DNA from: Dehalococcoidia bacterium
Lineage (GTDB): Bacteria > Chloroflexota > Dehalococcoidia > SZUA-161 > SpSt-899
NCBI GenBank assembly: GCA_028711995.1
Contig: JAQTRE010000002.1
Location: 1,704-65,703, forward strand
Reading direction: 5' to 3'
Length of the DNA: 64,000 nucleotides
Every line of letters starts with the position of its first letter. Positions within the stretch are counted from its first letter, which is position 1. Of the stretch, positions 58,050 to 64,000 are shown piece after piece. The translations under genes and the position numbers were made by a program. The notes below the pieces were generated by a model. The model saw nothing but the letters and a program-made list of their open reading frames with translations. It had not been told where the DNA came from and made no database searches.

Positions 58050-59360
58050 ATGAGCGGGTCAATACCCCGCTATACTCAAAAAAGGTGTGTCGTTGTGTAC
58101 CAGAAAACGGTTCTAAATAATGGGCTGCGCATTGTGACCGGTCATATGCCTCACGTTCGTTCGGTGAGCATCTGCATTTTTGTTGGGGCGGGTTCCCGCT
58201 ACGAATTGCCGGATCAGGCTGGAATATCGCACTTTGTTGAACATCTCCTGTTCAAGGGCACCCAGAGACGGCCGGAGGCCCAGACAATATCCGAAGCCAT
58301 CGAAGGTGTGGGCGGAGTTCTCAACGGGGGCACGGATAAAGAGATGACCGTCTACTGGGCCAAAGTAGCCCGTCCGCATTTAGAGCTTGCCTTTGATGTC
58401 CTGGGCGATATGATCCGCTGCTCCAGATTTGATCCCGTTGAGACGGAAAAGGAACGCCAGGTGATCATCGAGGAAATCAACATGAGCATGGATTCTCCAC
58501 AGCAACGTGTGAGCATGCTCATTGACGAAGTCATCTGGCCCGATCAAACGCTGGGACGGGATGTTGCAGGGAGCAAGGAAACGGTGAGTTCGCTCACCCG
58601 TGAGACCTTGTTTGATTATCATGCCCGGCAGTATACGCCTTCAGGTATTGTAGTTGCGGTTGCCGGTGATATAAGACATGAGGACGTAGTTCTCACTGCG
58701 GACAGGACGTTTGGTGACTGGGCTGCTACCACTCCCGGCCTATGGTTCCCTGCTGAAGATAGTCAAGAGGAGCCTCGCTATCGCAAAGAGTTCAGGGATA
58801 CAGAGCAGTCCCATCTCTGTCTGGCGCTGAGAGGTCTTTCCAATTCTCATCCGGATCGTTTCAACTTCGATATGTTGAACGTTGTCCTCGGAGGCGGAAT
58901 GAGCAGCCGCCTCTTTCTGGAGCTTCGAGAACGGAAGGGGCTGGTTTACGATATTCACAGCTACGTGAGTCACTTTCTGGACTCGGGTTCGCTCACGATT
59001 TACGCCGGGGTTGAACCGAAGAACATCGAAGCCACAATCGCGGTTATCCTTGAAGAACTGGCCAAACTTAAGGCGCGGGATATTCGCGAGGAAGAGTTTG
59101 CCAAGGTCAAGGAAATGGCTAAAGGCCGTCTTTTGCTTGGCATGGAGGATACCCGAAGCGTCTCCGGCTGGATCGGAAGCCAGGAACTTCTGCTAGGGGA
59201 AATCAAAACCATCGATGAGATGGTCTCCATCATCGATGCGATCACTATCGACGGGTTAAGAAGAGTGGCAGAGAATCTGTTTCAGCCCAAAGGATTGAGC
59301 ATGGCAATTGTCGGGCCGAAGTCTGATGAAGGACGGATCAGGCATCTGTTGAACCTCTGA
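58050..59360 (+). CDS. M16-family zinc metallopeptidase (insulinase-like)
   Basis: The inverted zinc-binding motif HFVEHLLFKGT (HxxEH) sits in the N-terminal domain, with an inactive C-terminal M16 domain after it. Confidence 0.85.
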   Translation: MSGSIPRYTQKRCVVVYQKTVLNNGLRIVTGHMPHVRSVSICIFVGAGSRYELPDQAGISHFVEHLLFKGTQRRPEAQTISEAIEGVGGVLNGGTDKEMTVYWAKVARPHLELAFDVLGDMIRCSRFDPVETEKERQVIIEEINMSMDSPQQRVSMLIDEVIWPDQTLGRDVAGSKETVSSLTRETLFDYHARQYTPSGIVVAVAGDIRHEDVVLTADRTFGDWAATTPGLWFPAEDSQEEPRYRKEFRDTEQSHLCLALRGLSNSHPDRFNFDMLNVVLGGGMSSRLFLELRERKGLVYDIHSYVSHFLDSGSLTIYAGVEPKNIEATIAVILEELAKLKARDIREEEFAKVKEMAKGRLLLGMEDTRSVSGWIGSQELLLGEIKTIDEMVSIIDAITIDGLRRVAENLFQPKGLSMAIVGPKSDEGRIRHLLNL

Positions 59361-59480
59361 TGAGAACAGTTGGGGAATTTTGACATGCCGTTTATCCGGG
59401 GATGTTGGCGATGATGGCTTGCTAAGGGTGTTTTTGGTGTGGAAGTAGGTGGGTGAGATTTGATATAATGGAAATTACTT

Positions 59481-59554
59481 GGGCTCATAGCTCAGTTGGT
59501 CAGAGCATCTGCTTTACACGCAGAGGGTCAGAGGTTCGAGTCCTCTTGAGCCCA
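59481..59554 (+). tRNA. tRNA-Val (anticodon TAC)
   Basis: Cloverleaf read by hand: acceptor gggctca/tgagccc, D-arm tagctcagttggtcagagca, anticodon stem-loop tctgc-tttacac-gcaga (anticodon tac), T-arm agaggttcgagtcctct, discriminator a. Confidence 0.85.
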
Positions 59555-59853
59555 TTGTCAAACACGCTGTTTTGATCCTCTCTATTACAGCGGTTATGGT
59601 CATTCAAGCGTTTTCCCCATGTCAACGGCAATCCTCTGAGAAATAGCCCCTGTTGCTCATTTATCGTGGGTTCGTTTATCGGGAATCGAGAGCAGGGCCT
59701 GTCTTGTCGAAGCGGTTCGGGCCTGACTCTCGGGAGTATCTACTCGCCATTAAGCCCCATGCTAAAGCTTGACTTCTTTGATGGGCGTGGATATCATCTT
59801 AATAACATCTTTCGGCAGGCTTCACGATTAAATGCCGTCAGGAGGCCAGACTC

Positions 59854-60276
59854 ATGAAGTATCAAACTCAGGAGTGGTTGGATGCTATCGTGGCGAAGAG
59901 CAGGACGGATGAAGCATATCTGAAGAAAGCCAAAGGGCTGACTGCCAAGCAAAGATCGATCACCCTGGATGCCCCGGGAGGCGTGGATATTCTTATCGCT
60001 TGGGAATGGGTGGACGGCAAGGTAGTGAAGGCTAACCGCCAGGAGAAACCCGCCCCCAGTGAGTGGCGCAACTGGAAGAATGAAGACGAATACCTCTCGA
60101 CTACCATGGGAACCTATGAAAACCTGTCCAAGATCGCCAAGGGAGAGATGAATGCCCAGGTTGCCATGGCCAAGAAGCAATATGTTGTCCATGGGAACAT
60201 GCTCAAGATATTTGCTAAAATGGGCAAATTCAACGCTTTCGCCGAATTAGTAGCCTCGATTCCGACCGAGTACTAA
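59854..60276 (+). CDS. Hypothetical protein (140 aa; a small alpha/beta SCP2-like fold is possible but unproven)
   Basis: A good RBS (caggagg) is present, but no firm family assignment can be made. Confidence 0.4.
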   Translation: MKYQTQEWLDAIVAKSRTDEAYLKKAKGLTAKQRSITLDAPGGVDILIAWEWVDGKVVKANRQEKPAPSEWRNWKNEDEYLSTTMGTYENLSKIAKGEMNAQVAMAKKQYVVHGNMLKIFAKMGKFNAFAELVASIPTEY

Positions 60277-60494
60277 ATTCACTTTTTGTGAGAGGCTTTC
60301 CGAATCAACCATGTCGGCCCTCGCCATGGCTTGGCAATCATGCAGGGACATAATGCACCACGCCCCTGAACAGTTGAGCCCAGGCAAGGGCTGGTTTTGA
60401 TCCATACCCTGCAGGGACAACATTATGCCCGGAGGGAAGCACCTCCGGCTGTTTAGGTGACTAAATCCGAGAAATTTAAAAAGGAGGCTAAACT

Positions 60495-60899
60495 GTGGAA
60501 ATCAAGAAGGAAATCATGGAAATGGTCAACAAGCCCGGAAGGATCGGAACACTGAGCACAGCGAACAAGCAAGGCCAACCCAATGTGGCCTATCTGGGCA
60601 GCCCCCGTCTTACGCCGGAGGGAACGATGATCCTGGCGCTGGGAAACAATCGAACGCTACGTAATCTGAATGAGAATCCCAATGCTGTCTTCTTCTGTAT
60701 CGCAGATGGGCCGGTTGCGTTTACAACGCCGGGCTATCGTCTGTATATGAAGGTAAAAGAGATTCAAAATCAAGGGCCGATCCTCGATGGCATAAAGAGC
60801 GCCATTGCCAAAATGGGAGCAACCGACGCCGCTAAAATGATGGTAGCCGCGGTGATCTTTGAGGTCACTGAGATTCGTCCAATGGTAGCCAGAGGCTAA
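60495..60899 (+). CDS. Pyridoxamine 5'-phosphate oxidase-like FMN-binding split-barrel protein (GTG start)
   Basis: …GRIGTLSTANKQGQPNVAYLG… is typical of the PNPOx-like/flavin-reductase-like family. An RBS (aaggagg) precedes the GTG. Confidence 0.7.
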   Translation: MEIKKEIMEMVNKPGRIGTLSTANKQGQPNVAYLGSPRLTPEGTMILALGNNRTLRNLNENPNAVFFCIADGPVAFTTPGYRLYMKVKEIQNQGPILDGIKSAIAKMGATDAAKMMVAAVIFEVTEIRPMVARG

Positions 60900-61006
60900 A
60901 ACACTCATCGTAACGATAATTCCTCGATTGGTATGGACGCCGGAGAACCGAAGAGGTTGTCCGGGGTTCATGCTATCGATAGTGTAGGGAATTCAGGGAG
61001 GGAAAA

Positions 61007-61795
61007 TTGATCGTCGCCGGATGTGATGTTGGTTCTTTGACGGGTAAAGCCGTAATTATGAAGGATTCGAAGATAGTCTCCAGCGCAATTATGCTGCGCA
61101 CCGTGAAACCTGAGGACACGGCTAGGATAATTCTGGATCAGGCGCTCACCAAGGCCAAGATGAAGCGGGAAGATATCGAATATCTCGTTGGCACAGGTTA
61201 TGGCAGAACGAAAATCCCGTTTGCCAACACCAATATTTCAGAGATCACCTGTCATGGGAAAGGGGCTCACTGGCTGGTACCTTCGATAAGAACCATCCTC
61301 GATATTGGGGGACAGGACAGCAAGGTAATCTCACTGGATTCAGAAGGGTTCGTTGCCGACTTTGTGATGAACGACAAATGCGCCGCCGGAACGGGAAGGT
61401 TTCTGGAGGGTGTGGCAAAGGCGCTGGAAATAAAACTGGAAGAGCTGGGGCCAGTGTCGTTAAAGGCGCACGCTCCATCTCAAATCAGCAGTCAGTGTAG
61501 CGTCTTCGCCGAGTCTGAGGTCGTTACCTTGCTGGCTGATGGGGTGGACATCGCCGATATTGTGGCCGGTATTCACAAGGCAATCGCCAGCCGACTCATA
61601 TCGATGGTCAAAAAAGTGGGCGTCAAGAAGGACTTCACCGTCACCGGCGGTGTGGCCAAGAATGTCGGTGTGGTTAAGTTCCTTGAGGAAGGCCTGGGTG
61701 AGAAAGTCATGCATCTGCCGGAGGATCCTCAACTTGTGGGGGCTATAGGCGCTGCTATCTTAGCCCAGGAAAAACTGACCAAAAGCCGCGCGTGA
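61007..61795 (+). CDS. BadF/BadG/BcrA/BcrD-type ATPase (CoA-substrate-specific enzyme activase, HgdC-like), TTG start
   Basis: IVAGCDVGSLTGKAVIM… (actin-like ATPase phosphate-1 motif), …ITCHGKGA… and …DIGGQDSKVI… with the cluster-ligating Cys (NDKCAAGTGRFLE), which is characteristic of archerase-type activases. Confidence 0.8.
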   Translation: MIVAGCDVGSLTGKAVIMKDSKIVSSAIMLRTVKPEDTARIILDQALTKAKMKREDIEYLVGTGYGRTKIPFANTNISEITCHGKGAHWLVPSIRTILDIGGQDSKVISLDSEGFVADFVMNDKCAAGTGRFLEGVAKALEIKLEELGPVSLKAHAPSQISSQCSVFAESEVVTLLADGVDIADIVAGIHKAIASRLISMVKKVGVKKDFTVTGGVAKNVGVVKFLEEGLGEKVMHLPEDPQLVGAIGAAILAQEKLTKSRA

Positions 61796-61825
61796 GATCA
61801 ATAACTTTTCAGGGAGGTTGGCGAT

Positions 61826-62584
61826 ATGCAAACCAAGGGAATCAAAATAGCCGTAACCGGCAAGGGCGGCAGCGGCAAGACAATGCTCACTGCCCTGATG
61901 ACCAAACTCCTGGCAGAGAGAAAAGACCTCAAGATTCTGGCCATCGATGCGGATTCCGCCATCAACTTACCCTACGCGCTGGGGACGAACTTCACCAAGA
62001 CCGTGGCGGAACTCCGAAGATACATTATTGAAGATCCTTCAGCCAAGGACGAAATGCAAGATAAGCCGATCAAAGCGGTGATGGAGCAAAGCCTTCAGAC
62101 AGGAAAGGGATTTCAACTTCTGGTGATGGGCCGGCCTGAAGGACCGGGATGTTTTTGCGGTGTCAACGAACTGCTCAAGCACGGAATTGAAACCCTCTCT
62201 AAAGACTTTGATGTAACGTTGATTGATTGCGAGGCAGGCCCGGAACAAGTAAACCGCAGGGTGGTTAAGGGGGTGGATTTCCTCATCATCGTGACGGACA
62301 CGTCGATCAGAGGCGCCCAGGTGGCAGGCGCAATCACCGAGGTGATGGAGCGGGACAAAGATATCCGACCCGCTCATGCAGGCTTGGTTATTAACAGATT
62401 CAAGGAAGACGACAAACTCATCAGGGAGATTGCCGACCGGCGCGGCATCGAAATTCTTGCCCATATTCCGGAGGATCCAAACATCACCGAATATGACGGG
62501 GCCGGCAAGCCAATCATCGATCTGCCCAATAGCTCGCCGAGCGTCCTGGCCGTTCAAGAGCTGCTTCGTAAGATGAAGTTGTGA
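61826..62584 (+). CDS. CooC/AcsF-type MinD-family ATPase (nickel-insertion/CO-dehydrogenase-maturation-like)
   Basis: A deviant Walker A (GKGGSGKT) and the conserved CxC motif (GPGCFCG) are typical of CooC. Confidence 0.8.
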   Translation: MQTKGIKIAVTGKGGSGKTMLTALMTKLLAERKDLKILAIDADSAINLPYALGTNFTKTVAELRRYIIEDPSAKDEMQDKPIKAVMEQSLQTGKGFQLLVMGRPEGPGCFCGVNELLKHGIETLSKDFDVTLIDCEAGPEQVNRRVVKGVDFLIIVTDTSIRGAQVAGAITEVMERDKDIRPAHAGLVINRFKEDDKLIREIADRRGIEILAHIPEDPNITEYDGAGKPIIDLPNSSPSVLAVQELLRKMKL

Positions 62585-62908
62585 AGTGCTCATTTCTTGC
62601 ATGTGAGGGCATGGTTTTAAGGGCTTGCCATGACCATCCGTTCCAGCCTGGGGAACTCTCCTGATTTAGCTTGGCGCTTTCATCAGCCCTGCTAAGAACA
62701 GGCCGCTCTTTGGAATCAAATTGGACGCTGTGCTGCCTTGTAACGGGACTATTGTTGGGATACAATGGATGCAGAGTTATCAGAATCGGACGGTCTCGTT
62801 TTTGAGTTATACGGGCCTTCACGTCCACTTTTAACAACGGCTGACGGTAGCATCAGAAGGCTACCGAAGTTATTGGGCAAGCAAAATTTCAGGAGTAGGA
62901 GCGCTGAC

Positions 62909-64000
62909 TATGGAAGCATTAGCTCCCTCAAAAGAAGGATCACAGTTCATCAAAGAGGCGGGGGGTGAGGCATTCAAGCTCTGTTACCAGTGCGGTCTAT
63001 GCGCAGCTACATGTCCGTGGAATATGGTCAGGAACTTTATTCCCCGGCGCATGATCCACGGAACACAACTGGGCTTGTTTGAATCGGACATCGAAGAGTT
63101 CTGGCAGTGCACTACCTGCGGGGCATGCGTCAAGCGATGTCCGCGCGGCGTAGAGATCATCGATGTAATGAAGTCGGTGCGACGCATTGTCACTGAGTTC
63201 GGTGTTGGCAAGGTCCCCGATTCACTGCGCATCACCGTTAAGAATATCTCCGCCCTGGGCAACCCGCCAGGCGAAGCTCCTGAAAAGCGGGTGGACTGGG
63301 CAAAAGGCCTGGACGTCAAATCCTTCACCAAAGACACTGACCTGCTCTATTTCTCCTGTTGCATCCCCGCTTATGACCCTAAAGCTAAGAAGATTGCCCA
63401 GTCTACAGCCAGCATCCTCAAGAAATGCGGAGTGGATTTCGGCATATTGAACGGCCAGGAAAACTGCTGCGGAGAGAGCGTCCGCAAGGCGGGGGACGAG
63501 CGTGTGTTCCAGACCCTCGCGCAGAACAATATCAATATCATGAATGAGAGCGGCGTCAAAAAGATCCTGGTCAGTTCGCCGCATTGCTATCATACCTTCA
63601 AGAACGAATACCCCGAGCTTGGCGGGAAGTTTGAAGTCGTTCATTACACTCAATACATGGCACAACTCATCAAGGAAGGGAAGCTAAAACCAACCAAGCC
63701 CATGGCGAAGAAGGTCATATATCAAGATCCGTGCTATCTGGGACGGCACAACGGTATTTATGACGAGCCGAGGGAAGTGCTCAAGAGTATCCCCGGCTTG
63801 CAGTTGGTGGAATTCCCTGACGTTCGGGAAAACGCGCTCTGCTGCGGTGGTGGGGGCGGCAGAGTCTGGATGGAAACTGCGGCCGGAGAGCGATTTTCCG
63901 AGATCAAGGTAAAGCAGGCGGTTGAAGTCAAAGCTGAGGTGATAGCCGTTGCCTGCCCCTATTGCAAGGTGATGTTTGAAGACGCCATCCTGGTGACCGG
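62909..64000 (+). CDS. HdrD/GlpC-like iron-sulfur protein with two 4Fe-4S ferredoxin motifs and CCG cysteine-rich domains. It runs off the window end, so the C-terminus is missing. It is not in the ORF track.
   Basis: CYQCGLCAATCP and CTTCGACVKRCP (ferredoxin motifs), then CCG-domain patterns …FSCCIPAY…CCGESV… and …CCGGGGG…CPYCK… An RBS (aggagtagga) precedes the ATG at ~62909. Confidence 0.8.

Overview
This window is a 64-kb bacterial chromosomal segment, apparently from an anaerobic lineage: it carries an archaeal-type FBP aldolase/phosphatase, CooC- and HdrD-like proteins, a short YidC with a separate YidD, and an LprG-type lipoprotein. No rRNA, CRISPR array, transposase or integrase is visible; one tRNA-Val is present. 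The content falls into five blocks.

1. 1-8.6 kb, all on the minus strand: gyrB, then the conserved rpmH-rnpA-yidD-yidC-jag operon, then ileS (5' part; the gene runs off the window start). A BamB-like PQQ beta-propeller lipoprotein is inserted between yidD and yidC. The 45-codon rpmH is absent from the supplied ORF track.

2. 8.7-17.2 kb, housekeeping and transport: two MFS transporters, one of them in an LprG/P55-like lipoprotein-MFS pair, plus pfkA, a polyprenyl synthase and metG.

3. 17.3-39.9 kb, a signalling island:
- a pilT ATPase with an unknown partner gene;
- a converging 1476-aa dCache-HAMP-GAF/PAS-GGDEF-HD-GYP c-di-GMP protein;
- a complete chemotaxis cluster of the Bacillus type (two paralogous MCPs, cheW, cheA, cheC, cheD, cheY, cheB, cheR);
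- inside that cluster, a REC gene and a CheB catalytic-domain gene in different frames, a second CheY, and two paralogous DUF3391/HD-GYP-like proteins whose catalytic HD dyad is replaced by Q-N in both copies;
- a protein combining the FliM N-terminal CheY-P docking peptide (LSQAQIDALI) with a long disordered linker, a coiled coil and a C-terminal CxxC...CxxC zinc ribbon.
This looks like a chemosensory output module that does not go through a flagellar switch. It is the best candidate in this window for an undescribed system.

4. 40-60 kb, metabolism and housekeeping: acs with an OFA-family MFS transporter, a minimal beta-carbonic-anhydrase-like protein, a PAS histidine kinase, rdgB, FBP aldolase/phosphatase, CobO- and PduO-type corrinoid adenosyltransferases side by side, an ADP-forming acyl-CoA synthetase alpha subunit, trmD, a YgiQ radical-SAM protein, a DedA-like protein, mgtC, rmuC, an M16 peptidase and tRNA-Val(TAC).

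5. 60.5-64 kb, the start of an anaerobic redox module: a PNPOx-like flavoprotein, a BadF/BcrA/HgdC-type ATPase activase, a CooC-type ATPase and an HdrD-like CCG/4Fe-4S protein that runs off the window end.

All coordinates are from reading the sequence by eye. ORF-track coordinates were used where given; start codons that I moved by hand are approximate to within a few bases.
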